NCBI GenBank assembly: GCA_964016885.1
Contig: OZ024743.1
Coordinates: 123,132,001-123,196,000 of the forward strand
DNA from: Eledone cirrhosa
Lineage: Eukaryota
Direction of reading: 5' to 3'
Length of the DNA stretch: 64,000 nucleotides
The notes below the pieces were generated by a model. It had not been told where the DNA came from, ran no database searches, and was given only the letters and a program-made list of their open reading frames with translations. Each line of letters starts with the position of its first letter. Within the stretch, counting starts at the first letter, position 1. Shown here piece after piece: positions 15,234 through 30,148 of the stretch. Both the position numbers and the translations under genes were made by a program.

Positions 15234-15356
15234 TTCTCAAACATGCACACGCGCACACTATATTTACCTCCTGTGTTTTGTTTGTTTCATATATATATAT
15301 ATAAATGTGTGTGTTTGTGTATGTGTGTGTATGTGTGTCTGTATCTGCGCGCTCGC

Positions 15357-15442
<86 letters not shown>

Positions 15443-15726
15443 GTGTGTGTGTGTGTGTGTAAAATAGGTATTTAAACGGCAACCGTTATTTGGCAATTCA
15501 ATTATTTAGATAAACTAATTCCGTAAATAAACCAATATGAAATTTCTTTTAGCGACGAATTCGAAATTAATATTTTGCCAATATATCAACTTTGAACTTT
15601 TATAACAAACACAATTTTCCTACGTTCGATAAGATTTCCCCATCTAATTTCTATGTTTCACACGTGTATGTATAGGCTGATAAAGATAGAAGCACTTATT
15701 CACACACACATACAAACACACACATA

Positions 15727-15782
<56 letters not shown>

Positions 15783-16238
15783 GCTTGTACTGCAAGAGGC
15801 ATCTCATCAGGTATTCACTGCTGGTCACAATGGTTTCGGTTAATAGCTAAATGCTACAAACTAGCCGCTGTATATATGTAGCTACATACACGCATATACA
15901 ACTATATATATATATGTGTGTTTGTTTGTATGTATGTGTGAGCGTTTGAGGTATATAGAACGGGGATCTGAGGGAATTAAATAGAAAGTATCCTTCAGGC
16001 AAGCTGAATTTGGTTATCGCTTTCAATTTATATCAATTTCCCTTCATTACTTCCGATACATACGAATTCTCTCTTCCCTAATCTAGTATTTATATATTTA
16101 TTATATTACCGCACTTCGTGAACCATGGTGTCTTTGGTTATGTATTTCTAACGGTCCATCCATTGGTTCACAGCATTTGCGTTGATGAGTTTGACATGGG
16201 AACTACTGTACAATACGGCTGAAATAAATACTACAAAT

Positions 16239-16301
<63 letters not shown>

Positions 16302-16306
<5 letters not shown>

Positions 16307-16372
16307 GTAGAACACTGGAATGGAAGGTAATATCCGTAGTGGTAGAGCACTCAGTCCATTGGACGAGTTAAG
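16302..16372 (-). mobile_element. PLE-type terminal repeat family A, 3' tip inside (TA)n
   Basis: Matches 30149, 50446, 55011 and 57170. Confidence 0.8.
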
Positions 16373-16704
16373 TATATATATATATATATATAAACTTAAG
16401 AAAATGAACAAAGCAGGACAGACAACGAACGGAAACAAAACAAAACAAAATGAAAAGAAATGTTAAGGGAACCTTAAAAAAAAATATTTTAAAAAATTAA
16501 ATATACAAATGAAGGACACTCCGTGGTCGTTGCCCTTTGAGGTGGACTTGGGCAGTTTTGACCCCTACCAACGGTACAGCTGGTCCATCCAGGGTTACAG
16601 CGTCTGGCTCTGGTTTATGCCAGACGCTGTCCAAAGGAGTAAGAGACGGAAGACAAACTGTAACTTATAGCTGTTGAACACTACAAAACATATACAATTG
16701 TGTG

Positions 16705-17774
<1,070 letters not shown>

Positions 17775-17776
17775 AC

Positions 17777-17817
<41 letters not shown>

Positions 17818-17849
17818 CACACACACACATACACACACACATATATGCA

Positions 17850-18106
17850 TGTGTTTGAATAGAAATTATCAAGTTTTACCAGTGTGTCCCTTACAGGCAC
17901 ATGTTGGGTGAAGGCCAAATCTCACCACGGCTTTACTTCATGTTGTGCGATTTAGAGTACAAAACATGGATATGATACCAGAGATATGCATCGTCAAATA
18001 AATTACCTTGCTCAAGATTACAACGCACCCTTCGTTTCGGAGATCGAACACACGACCATAAGATCGAGAAACCATCACACTTTACAGTTGCCCACGCATC
18101 TTCCAC
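17850..18106 (-). mobile_element. Degenerate tRNA-derived SINE
   Basis: Minus-strand B-box-like GTGTTCGATCTCC followed by CTTGAGCAAG. Confidence 0.5.
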
Positions 18107-18493
18107 AATATCAGGTTTATAATGATTGATTACCTAACGCGAAGAGACATTCAAAAACCAACTTAGTATATGGAATAAAACATCAACCACCGATACACAC
18201 TCTCTGGTCTAGATGTTGTTTCTGCCAGATAAGTACATTTCAGCATGTGGTAACCTGATGACTTCATCAGTTGTGCGATGCTGTTTATATACAGCATTAA
18301 TAGTCGATACTATACGGAAAAATGTCAGAAAAATCAAAAACTCACTTATGAACGTTTTACAAAACAGTGCTTGAACTAGGTCAATTCAATAATGGACCTG
18401 AAAGTGAGTGATTAATGTGCGTAAATAAATAAATATTTCACAGTAGTAGGGAGAAATATATATATATATATATATTTACAGAGAGAGAGAGAA

Positions 18494-18544
<51 letters not shown>

Positions 18545-18588
18545 AAGAGAGAGGGAGGTAGAGATCTGCGTGTGTGTGAATATATATA

Positions 18589-18667
18589 CAGAGTGTCCCA
18601 AAAGAATATATACACGCTTTTATTAGAATGCTGTTGAAGTACGTATACATTTTTGTGAACACCCTTT
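18589..18667. mobile_element. Tiny Tc1-like MITE remnant
   Basis: TA-CAGAGTGTCCCAAAA...TTTTGTGAACACCCTT-TA imperfect TIRs. Confidence 0.5.
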
Positions 18668-18768
18668 ATATAAGAAATAAGCTTTTTAAAAAACCCACAC
18701 GGGCAAAAATATAGAAAAAAGAAGCTGAAAATGTAATTTCAACGTCTTTTTCATATATATATAATATG

Positions 18769-18812
<44 letters not shown>

Positions 18813-19225
18813 AATATGGGGAGAAGAATACTGCATGGTTGCACATGGATAACATGTTATAAAATGAGTCCCTCATATATGAATGTACGTATAGTATATT
18901 TGATAATATATTGTATGTTTATGAAAAAAACATTTTGAAGACAATTCGCTATGAATTTTAAGGTAGTGACTACGTCACATACTTAGTTACGGTAATAGGA
19001 AAGCGGAATAATCGACGGTAGTACTGTTTCTCACTTGTAAGTGGCTGTCAAGACTACATACCCCGAGAGTTATAGAAGCTGTATTCTTATAGAATTCCAG
19101 TTATGTTCATGAGCTGTTTAAACTCATTAACGTACGGAATGGTTGCTGGCCCAGCACAAATTAGAAATCAGTATAGGTGCTCTGAAATAGCGATGTATAT
19201 ATGAATGTACGAATAGTATATTTGA

Positions 19226-19401
19226 TAATTGTTTCTACTTTTGGCACAAGGCCAGCAATTACCCAGTACGTTACTGGTACTTTATTTTATCGACCCCGTA
19301 AGGATGAAAGGCAAAGTTAACCTCGGCGGGATTTGAACTCAGATCGTAAAGGGACGAAACTACGCTGGAAAGCATGTCCGACCCTCTACCGATACTGCCA
19401 A
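19226..19401 (-). mobile_element. SINE family S with TTTGATAAT target-site duplication
   Basis: TSD on both sides; empty-site paralog at 18876-18985. Confidence 0.9.
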
Positions 19402-19796
19402 TTTGATAATATGCTGTATGTTTATTTAAAAAAACATTTTGAAGACCATTCGCTATGAATTTTAAAGTAGTGACTACGTCATATACTTACTCTCGGCAAA
19501 AGCAAAGCGGAGTAAAGTGTTAAGTGATACTAAACTAGTATTAGTGAATATGCAGAATGGAAAAGGTAAGAGAGGAAAAATAGCTGACAGTAAGTTATTT
19601 AATTGCCTTATCAAACGTATGATGGTCATGGAAATTAGACTGATTATTTCAAGTATTTTCCATATTTAGTATGACATGTGATGTTGTGTGGAGAAATATT
19701 TGAAACCGTTTAAGCTTTGAGCTACACTCCTTTTAAAGTTAAGGTTAGTTTCTATATAAAACGGTTGTTATATCTACTTTAAGTGTGGCTGAATCT

Positions 19797-19892
<96 letters not shown>

Positions 19893-20006
19893 GAGGTTTT
19901 TTTTACAAAATGAAAAAAAAAGAAGTCATACACGAGTGAAAGTATAAGGAAAAAAGATCGAATCGAAAATGCAACTGGAGTCTTGTAAAGAATATTTATT
20001 TGGTTT

Positions 20007-20042
20007 CTTTACCGGTTTCGCAGTTCTTGTGCTTTTCAAAAG
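20007..20042 (-). ncRNA. Minimal type-I hammerhead with compensated U3-A8 core
   Basis: CTT-TTGAAAA-GCA caagaac TGC-GAAA-CCGG-TA-AAG; palindromic loop III; AATAAA downstream; island flanked by (TA)n. Confidence 0.65.
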
Positions 20043-20077
20043 TAGAATTGAGCTGGAGGGTTTGTGGTTTTTCTCGC

Positions 20078-20391
<314 letters not shown>

Positions 20392-20404
20392 TATATATAT
20401 ATAT

Positions 20405-22044
20405 ATCAATAAATTATACAATTATCAAAGTTGTGTTCAAATCATTTAATAGCTGACAATCGTTTCTTCCAAACTCTCGTTTGGAATCATCGGAGCATTA
20501 TCAATGTTTACACATATAATTCACCTCCTATTCAACTGAACAATAATATAGATACATATAAATTGATGTTGTGAGCAACTGTTTCGTATTTACAGGGTGG
20601 AATGGATGCGACATATATTTTACGAGAATTGTACAATAATTGTACAAGCATTCAAGTTCAAATTCAAATTAAAATCAAAATCAAAATCAAAAGCACGGAG
20701 TGGAATACATGCAACAGTTAAAACAAGAGAACAGTCCAAATATTAAAGAGGCATTGAGGAAGCATTTATGAGAAGAGTGCGATAACAATTCATATGCAGG
20801 CGTACGGATATTGTGACTGCGTAAGTCATATACATGAGAAGGAGACAAGCAGAGCTATTATGCATATATAGATAAATAAATACTGCAGTTAAAGCAATTG
20901 TGTTAATGTATTAGAGTCTATGGTGGGTGTTGGATGTTTATGGTGTTCGAATTAATGTGTGTTGAGAAACATACAGTTTTTGCAGACTTTTCCATGACAT
21001 ATGTTGAAATAAACTTTAGTTGGTGTTTATATTGAGTGTTTTAAGTTAGTTAGAGCAATGGATTGTATATTAGTCTTAATGAATTCATATTCATAGATTA
21101 TATTTGATCAACCGTTAAATTTTCAATCGTTAATTTCCGGAAGTTAATAAGGGGAGCTAATGCGTAAGGGGAGGTAACTAGCTAATTAAGTTCAGTTCAG
21201 TTCTTAAAATTCTTTGTTCTAATACACAATATAATGTAATGACATTGGATCTCTGTTACTTAACCCTGTATATTTATGCCTGATTTTACAATATAGTGTA
21301 TTCTACTATCATACATTAAAGGTTTCTTTAGATTGTTATCTATTCATTCCTGGACAAGTTATATGTCATGAAGGATCATACAGCTGTTAATATGTCATAA
21401 TAGATCTGCTACATGTGCAATAACATCATCCCTAACGTAGAATGCTATCACATTTTATATTTAATTATAACTGCATATATTATGTTGTGCAATTTAATCA
21501 TTTACTTATACAACCATAAATGCACATATAGTCCATCATCATAGCTTTCATTAAATGTCTCTATATACCAAGTGCCAAATATCATTACTGCATATGTTAT
21601 AATTAATCTATTGTAGTTATATCACAAGGTGATAACTCTAGGTCTAATTCTAACTGTTATTGCAGAGCATAAGGTTATAGATGAATAGGAGTTGTGTAGC
21701 GGAAAGAGTTGGTCGGGGGGGGGTTGTGGTTGTGGGTGCTGCTAAGTCCTAGATGTGTAGTGTTAATGGTGGTGGGGAATTCAAATCTGACATTGTTGTA
21801 TACTAACAGCTAGGTTTAAAGTTATGGAACGAGTGTCGGTACCGTTGTTGGCACGAGGAAAATGTCTGACTTTCTATTAAGGAGGTCTAGTTTCGAAAAT
21901 ATTATAGTATGGGTCTCCAGAAGGCAGAGATTACACAATTTATTCGGTGGTTTATACGATGAGGCCCTACCTACTACTTCCCATTGCAGTGTAAATGGTC
22001 TATTCCTAGTTTTCAGAGAGTGTAAGTAGCTAGATAAATGATGT
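20405..22044 (-). mobile_element. Penelope-like element 3' part: GIY-YIG C-terminus, long 3'UTR, HHR-bearing terminal repeat
   Basis: Minus 22037-21804 encodes LSSYLHSLKTRNRPFTLQWEVVGRASSYKPPNKLCNLCLLETHTIIFSKLDLLNRKSDIF(fs)SSCQQRYRH; 20405-20870 recurs at 62650-63120. Confidence 0.85.
20452..20496 (-). ncRNA. Type-I hammerhead with CCGAUGA core
   Basis: GCT-CCGATGA-TTCCAAAC gaga GTTTGGAA-GAAA-CGATTG-TC-AGC. Confidence 0.8.
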
Positions 22045-22046
22045 CA

Positions 22047-22555
22047 TACTTGCGGCCCAAAAAACCATAATTTCTTTTGAAGATCAATTATGGACCCGCA
22101 AGGATACGCATAACAACTTTGACATAACCATGGGATCTAGTGACTCGGCGCAGATCACCGATTTTGTGGGCCTATACCTACTTAATGAAATCCACAAGAA
22201 CCTACCCTACTTCAACGGTGGTTTATACCGCAATGATGCGCTTCTTCTTATAGACTATAAAAAATTTAATATAGAAAAAATTAGGAAACAGTTACACGAA
22301 ATTTTCAAAAACTACAACTTAAGTATCACCTTAGATAGAAACACTAAAAACGTCAACTTCCTTGACGCTACCCTTAGGCTAGACTTTAGAGTATACACAC
22401 CCTATCATAAACCTAACCAGAAACTAATTTATGTGAACACCAACTCTAACCACCCTGAATCCATATTAAACTCCATTACCAAGGGAATATCTAATAGAAT
22501 CTCTAATCTATTATATAATGAAACTATGTTCCATAATAACATAAGAATGACATAA
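22047..22555 (+). pseudogene. Penelope-like (Naiad-type) reverse transcriptase fragment
   Basis: LWTRK..FDITMGSSDSAQITDFVGLYLL..GGLYRNDAL..VNFLDATL..YTPYHKPN..YVNTNSNHP. Confidence 0.85.
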
Positions 22556-22878
22556 GAATGAGATTGAATCCCTACCTATAAAATCACATAGTTACAACAT
22601 TATTTCTCATAATATATATATATATATATATATATATTTGTATACATACTGATATATTTGAAAACATATATGTATGTATGTATATATATATATATATATA
22701 AATATATTGTTATACTTTGGGAGGGTCATGTTGCCAATAAGAAATACACGCACCAGTTGCTTTCACTTCAATTTATTATATATTTATAAATTTATAAATT
22801 TACAAATCTACAAACCCATAAATTATAAATTTCTGGTTGGTTGGTTGGTTCCACAACCAGATAGTTGTTTATATATAT

Positions 22879-22923
22879 AGTCATAGTCCTTTCGTCACAC
22901 ACTCTGTGACCTCTTCAGTGACT
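22879..22923 (-). ncRNA. Minimal type-I hammerhead (family E)
   Basis: Mirror copy of 23101-23145. Confidence 0.75.
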
Positions 22924-23100
22924 GGGGATTCCTTTCTTCGTTTCTGTGCCTTTTCTTTCTTCTATCCTACGCCATTTTGTTTCTGTGTGTGTGTTGTGTG
23001 CACAAGCACATGCGCAAACTGAGCACACAACACACACACAGAAACAAAATGGCGTAGGATAGAAGAAAGAAAAGGCACAGAAACGAAGAGAGGAATCCCC

Positions 23101-23145
23101 AGTCACTGAAGAGGTCACAGAGTGTGTGACGAAAGGACTATGACT
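23101..23145 (+). ncRNA. Minimal type-I hammerhead (family E)
   Basis: AGTCA-CTGAAGA-g GTCACA gagtg TGTGAC-GAAA-GGAC-TA-TGACT. Confidence 0.75.
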
Positions 23146-23446
23146 ATATATATAAACAACTATCTGGTTGTGGAACCAACCAACCAACCAGAAATTTATA
23201 ATTTATGGGTTTGTAGATTTGTAAATTTATAAATTTATAAATATATAATAAATTGAAGTGAAAGCAACTGGTGCGTGTGTTTCTTATTGGCAACATGACC
23301 CTCCCAAAGTATAACAATATCGGTTTCAACACACGATTTCAGATAAAGAATCTTGCTAAACAAATTCAGAAACGAAATATATAAATATATATATACATAT
23401 ATGTTTACAAATATATATATATAAAAATATATATATATTTGTAAAC

Positions 23447-23477
<31 letters not shown>

Positions 23478-23532
23478 CATACATATATGTTTACAAATAT
23501 ATCAGTATGTATACAAATATATATGTATGTAC

Positions 23533-23634
<102 letters not shown>

Positions 23635-23677
23635 GTATGTGTGTGTGTGTGTGTGTGTGTCAGTGTGTGTATATATA

Positions 23678-23729
<52 letters not shown>

Positions 23730-24217
23730 AGTGTGTGTATGTGTATGTGTGTGTATATATAGAGAGAGAATTAAGAAAATTAACAAAGAGAGAGAAAAAA
23801 CAATATATATATATATATATATGTGTGTTTGAGTGTCTGTGTGTGTGAGTGTGTGTGTGTCTGTGTGTGTGTGTGTTTGTGTGTGTGTTTGTGTGTGTGG
23901 TGTGTGTGCGTGGTGTGTGTGCGTGTGTGTGTGTGTGTGTACGCGTGTGAGGGTGTATCGTTGTATTTGATATATACCAATCATATATACATATATGTTT
24001 CTATCCAGCAACAAATTAAGAAGTTTTTCTGGGCTTACTGGATACGGCAGACATAACAACAAAGTCCAACCGCAATCTCAAACCAGCATACTAAAATTGC
24101 ATTTCTTGATATATTAAAAAGACTAGAATGCTCCTGATCACAGGCTTCATTAACCAGTGCTTATGTGTAGCTAATATCCATTAACTCCATGATGAAGTAT
24201 ATATATATATGTACTAC

Positions 24218-24391
<174 letters not shown>

Positions 24392-24558
24392 TTCTTTATG
24401 GAGTTAATGGAGCTGTGAGAGAAACAGCTATCTGCTATTACATGGCTTATGTTTTCTAGGTTTACAATTACGTTTTCCTCTTGAAAACTGTGAATGTTGT
24501 TTAGTCTCGCCTCTACCACAGCTATCAAGGTTCATATCGCTTTCTTCTTGTCCATGTA

Positions 24559-24773
24559 CAGTGTGATCGCTTTTTACGCGAAGATGCGTTCGTGAATGCG
24601 GTGCGTAACGCAAATTTGCGTAATTTAAGTCTGATTTTCTGAAAATTAAAAAATTAAAAACCACACGTGTTATAGCGCGTTATTCGTGCCAAGTGAATAT
24701 TTAATTATATTTTTTCAAGACGGGTTAAAGCGAATTCACGTATTTCAAGTTCGCGAAAAAAGCCAACAGACTG
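24559..24773. mobile_element. Tigger/pogo-like MITE
   Basis: TA-CAGTGTGATCGCTTTTTACGCG...CGCGAAAAAAGCCAACAGACTG-TA. Confidence 0.65.
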
Positions 24774-24799
24774 TATATATTTGTTCTCCTACCATATAA

Positions 24800-24984
24800 T
24801 TGTTTCTACTTTAGGCACAAGGCCAGCAATTATCCAGTGCATTACTGGTACTTTATTTTATCGACCCCGTAAGGATGAAAGGCAAAGTCAACCTCGGCGG
24901 GATTTGAACTCAGATCGTAAAGGGACGTAACTATGCTGCAAAGCATGGCGTCCGACCCTCTACCGATACTGCCAATCCACCGCC
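24800..24984 (-). mobile_element. Full-length SINE family S with CCTACCATATAAT TSD
   Basis: 13-bp TSD on both sides; A and B boxes intact. Confidence 0.92.
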
Positions 24985-25042
24985 CCTACCATATAATAAC
25001 ATCTAATAAAGAACCTGCGATTCTCTACAACTATACACGTAC

Positions 25043-25255
25043 GTATACTTGTTATTCTTGTAGTTTGATCGTGACACAGCAGTGATGAAATAAACTTTGG
25101 TCCTAGGCGTTCTGTATATGGTAGTCCGGTCTTTTGGTATCTCAAAAATGCTCTTCTCCATAGTGTCCTCCCATTTAGTTGGTGTCTGAGTGAGGGCTAA
25201 GCTGGTTACCATTTCTGTTGTATCGAAAAGCCTCACGTAGTTCCGACATTTGTAG
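25043..25255 (-). CDS. Candidate host coding exon of unknown product
   Basis: Non-repetitive 213-nt open frame (YKCRNYVRLFDTTEMV...TIYRTPRTKVYFITAVSRSNY) between TTTATAG| and |GTACGT. Confidence 0.3.
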
Positions 25256-26284
25256 CTATAAATTAATGTGTATGCACGCAGGTTGGTCTGTATGTGTGTG
25301 TATATGTATGTACATGTGGTCTGTATGTGTGTGTATATGTATGTACATGTGGTCTGTATGTGTGTATATATATATATGTACATGTGCATGTTTGTGTGTG
25401 TCAGTGTGTCTGCTTGTATTTACATTTACGTGCGTTTGTGTGTTTGTATTTACGTGTAGGTGCATGTGTCTATGTGTGTGTTATATATAAGCCTATTTCC
25501 CCAGTTGTCCCCCCCCTCTCACTAATCCTAGTTTATAAATCCTTCAACACCAGCTGACATTTCGTTTCTTTTTGCCAGAAACATTAGACTTCTCTTCTTC
25601 CTCGTGGTATAAAACTTACTTCACTCTTTGAATTATTTGTATCATTTTTTGCTGACACAAAACTAAAAACATTATCGGATTCCATTTTTTAAAAAAAGAA
25701 CAGTAGTAAAGACACATCCCCAAATGGTCGCGCAGTGGGATCGAACCTGAAACCACAAAGCTAAGCTCTGGTGTTTCATTTCTACAATGATATTGTTCGA
25801 ATAAACCCAACACGCTTTTAACTAAATAGGTCTTTTGATTCATACTAAATTGATAGTACCACCCAAAGCATGAATAATTACAAACTCGACGAAGATAAGC
25901 AATATCAGCTGTCTCAAGCATCAAAGGGTTTCCTATAGTGATAATACTGACGAACCACGCGTCTACTCCACCCTTAGTCACAATATATAACAATACTTAA
26001 CCCTTTCCTAGCCCACTCCTGACTCAACATCTAAAGCACCTTGGTGGAAGGTTTGCAAAGTGATCTGCTTAACAGTCCATTAAATTTTCATAGTGATCTC
26101 ATCATTCTCCACAAGTAATAATGTGACAGTTTGGTAAAAAAACTGATAATGTTAATAGCAACAGCATTGGCAATAATCTGATCGATGACAATGTGACATG
26201 AATGATACGAGTTTTAATGTTAATACAGTATTCCAGCGGCTTATGTTTAAATGGATCATATTGGTGTGTGAGTGTATACATACA

Positions 26285-26343
<59 letters not shown>

Positions 26344-27108
26344 GGAGATAGAGATAGATAGCGAGAGATAGGGAAAGAGAGAAAGAGATAGAGAGAGAGA
26401 GACGTAAAGGAAGGAATGAATAACCAAACATAACTAGTTTTGAGGTGTGGATTTGTGGATGTGCATGTGAGTGTGAACGTGGGGGGGGGGGGCGTGCCAG
26501 TGTTTAGGTAACTTGTCCTACCAGATCATTATGGTCTAAAAATATATAGAATGTGCACCATTTATCTATCATGAATGAGATAAATCATTAAATATGTAGC
26601 AAATCCAACTTAAAAGGATTGCTCAAATATACACAATTGCTTGATCATATAACAAAATGGATAGAAAGCCAGAGTTGTGCGATGTTTACCCATTTCGAAT
26701 GGTTATGCCTAGTGTCATCAAAGAATAGATACACGGCCTCCCTGAAACTTTCCTTTACGTTCTTTCTGTTCGACGATTTAATTGTGTAAAATCATTCGTT
26801 GCTTCATTAGTTGTTGTGTTCAAACATATGTACATATAAAAAACAAACATGTTACTGTATTGCGTGGAATGACGTCACTCCTTATTACCCACCAGCCTCC
26901 CACTTCTATGGCTTCTCTACTGCTCATCGGTCAGATTGGTATCGTGCCACCTCCAGTCAGACTCTTTAGACTCGTGCATCTCACTTTCTCATCATCCATA
27001 TTATTTCTACCTATTCAGGTAATACAACTAACTCCTACGTCCACTTATCCGTAAAAAAAAAGACCATTAAACCTCTTGAATCTTTCTCTATACAATTTGT
27101 TGGTGTTT

Positions 27109-27288
27109 TGGCAGTATCGGTGGAGGGTCAGACACCATGCTTTCCAGCATAGTTACGTCCCTTTACGATCTGAGTTCAAATCCCGCCGAGGTTGACTTTG
27201 CCTTTCATCCTTACGGGGTCGATAAAATAAAGTACCAGTAATGCACTGGGTAATTGCTGGCCTTGTGCCTAAAATAGAAACAGTTATT
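27109..27288 (+). mobile_element. SINE family S
   Basis: A-box TGGCAGTATCGG, B-box GAGTTCAAATCC. Confidence 0.9.
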
Positions 27289-27600
27289 GATGAACGAAAA
27301 GTGAAGTTTTTTAGCCATGATTATGCTATATTGTTACGATCTAGTGTATTCCGACTACATATTCTGAGATTTGAATGTAATTTGGCTGGTATTTCTAGCA
27401 GATAAAGCTACACAGTAGTGGCTCCCTCACAGGTTTACCCTGTCCAGGATTTTTATCCTGCAGGTGCCAACTTATAATCATTCGAAAGGAACATTAAATG
27501 AGTCTATCTATCCAGTCTAGGAATATCTGTTATTAAAAATATAATATGCCATACATACATACATACATACATACATACATACATACATACATACATACAT

Positions 27601-27751
27601 AGTCTACAAATGACTGCGATAGCTGGCACCTTCAAAATTTGCAAAACATTCTTGCGATTCAAGGGATGACAATTTCTTTTCTTTAACAACCTTGCCACCA
27701 GGAAGGTGGCCGGTCAAAAAAATATACTCGAAATTAAGAGAAAGAGAAAAC
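27601..27751 (+). mobile_element. R4/Dong-type LINE 3' end inside (TACA)n
   Basis: Matches 44164-44312; (CATA)n on both sides. Confidence 0.88.
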
Positions 27752-27811
27752 ATACATACATACATACATACATACATACATACATACATACATACATACA
27801 TACATACATAC

Positions 27812-28147
27812 ATGGTGGCTGCCAACTCGTTTTCGAGTACGGCCACTACTTTATATCCATGTAGGAGAACCCCTACTGATGCGCTGAACGAGTGTGACTT
27901 TTTAGTCCAGCCAGCGACTTGAAAGCTCTGGTACAAACACTACACTTGTGACAATTATTGACACATAGTGGTAGGCCCATGGTACCATGTGATGACAAGT
28001 GCAGAGAGATCTCCAGATATAAAGCAATGCCTGTGCCGTGAAGCTTTTATAGTGAGCACAGGCACTGCACAAAGCCAGTCCCACTCTCTTAACCAAGATG
28101 ATATTTACCAAAAAGAAGAACAAGTCAACATCATTGGATACCATCAG
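27812..28147 (-). mobile_element. 3' half of a non-autonomous RTE-like element
   Basis: Reverse complement of 38975-39311; (CATA)n flanks. Confidence 0.75.
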
Positions 28148-28980
28148 ATACATACATACATATGTCCGTACGTATGTGTGCATCTCAGTTTAGAAAATTG
28201 CCGGCCCATGACGTTTTCCCCATTCATAGGTGCCAAGAACATAACTGTTAAGCCCTGCCAAGGACTCAGATTCCTTTCTGCATATGCTGCAGTAAAAATG
28301 AAAAAAAGAAGGCCATTTTCATGCAACACACGTCAAAGTCGTTTGGATCAAGAAAAGTCATTTAGATGCATGTGTTAGAATATTTTTAAGTGAAGAAAAG
28401 CCTTGTATTGGACCAATCCCACTCTCTGGACAATAGTGACAGTTATCCAAAACGAAGAACAAGTTAGCATCATTGGCTGCCATCGAGTCTCAGCTTTTAC
28501 ATCAGAGTTTCTCTTCTCCTAGAATGATGTCATAACAAGAACTACGGATCTCCCACTTCAAGTATTTCCGTGTACCCGTGTATACATACATACATACATT
28601 CAAACATACATACATTAATACACACACACACACACACATACACACACAGATACTGACATACATAGATACATACATTCAAACATACATACATACATACATA
28701 CACACACACATACACACATACATACATACATATAATGACCTCCACCCATTCTGTAGACACCTGAAATATAGGCATTGTTAGCTTAAGAGAAACTTAAAAA
28801 TAAGGAGTGGCACTCCATTTTGAACTTGTTTATAGAATTCTCCATGCCTTTGTCACTCTAAATATAAATTATAGCTTTAAAGAATTAGCTTTTAAAGAAT
28901 TCCTTTCTCCCACCCCACTCCCCACTCTCTCCTACCACCAGAAAAGATCTAAATACCACCATTTTTACTTGGACAGTTAG

Positions 28981-29027
28981 CTTCCTGATGATTTCTCACG
29001 AATGAAACAGTTCTAGTCCTGTACAAT
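28981..29027 (+). ncRNA. Hammerhead motif (family F), stem I decayed
   Basis: CTGATGA-tTTC tcac GAAt-GAAA-CAG ttctagtc CTG-TA; same family as 58328-58376. Confidence 0.65.
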
Positions 29028-29851
29028 AACTCCTTTAATAGTTGGAGTATCAATGAACACTCGGGTTTTCTATTGCACCTGCTGTTTACAGCAGTCAGCT
29101 AAACCCTTTGTTACTATCCCCAAAATATTGATTGAATAACACTAGCAAACACTAATCTCAGTCCATTAAATTGTTCTGTACGAAACGAGATGTTTCTTCT
29201 GTCACTGGACATAATATTTAGCAGACTCATTTTGCAAAAATATCATTTGCTGACAAAAACCATGACTGTCTTCTTCAGACTCTAATGTCTTACTTCATAG
29301 TTAATTAGATTTAGTTATATTTTGTGCTAAACAAAACCTGTTCTGATTACACGGTAAGATTGCCAACAAACGAGTTAGCTGTCCAGATCTATCAAGTCAT
29401 AAATATACCTATGTGTGAGCTAGACACCATCACAACTTTCTTTGTCATATATCTACCTATATTAAACTAAAATAAAGATTGAGAGCATGGCATCAAGAAT
29501 ATAGTTAAAGAAAATATGTGGACGATTGATATTTAAATATGGGGAGCCGGTGCACAAATTGATGGCCTACAATCTGAATAATAAAGCGGATTGAAATATC
29601 CTTTGTGTTTAAAACCGCCTGGCAAATTTTAGACGTTGATTGATTGCTTAATATGGAATACAGTCTAGTTGAATGGTAAACATTTGTCAAAATTCACTCA
29701 TATAAATACACACTAACGTATGTATTAGACTTTCATATATTCTTTATACGTCTATATAGAGAAATATTTTCTTGGTGGAATTGCAACAGGTTACACTGGG
29801 TAACATGTTACTTGTAGCGTTGAAAAGTGATCTAATATATATTAGATCACT

Positions 29852-30120
<269 letters not shown>

Positions 30121-30148
30121 ATATATACACATACACATACGCATACAA

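Larger units (their letters stand above)
22705..23319. repeat. Fold-back palindrome of PLE-type terminal repeat family E (~300-bp arms)
   Basis: 22705-23002 is the reverse complement of 23022-23319; axis near 23012; (TA)n flanks. Confidence 0.93.

Noticed and set aside
24800-24984. A/B boxes as tRNA genes
   Set aside because: No cloverleaf; about 15 copies with shared body, tail and TSDs indicate a SINE
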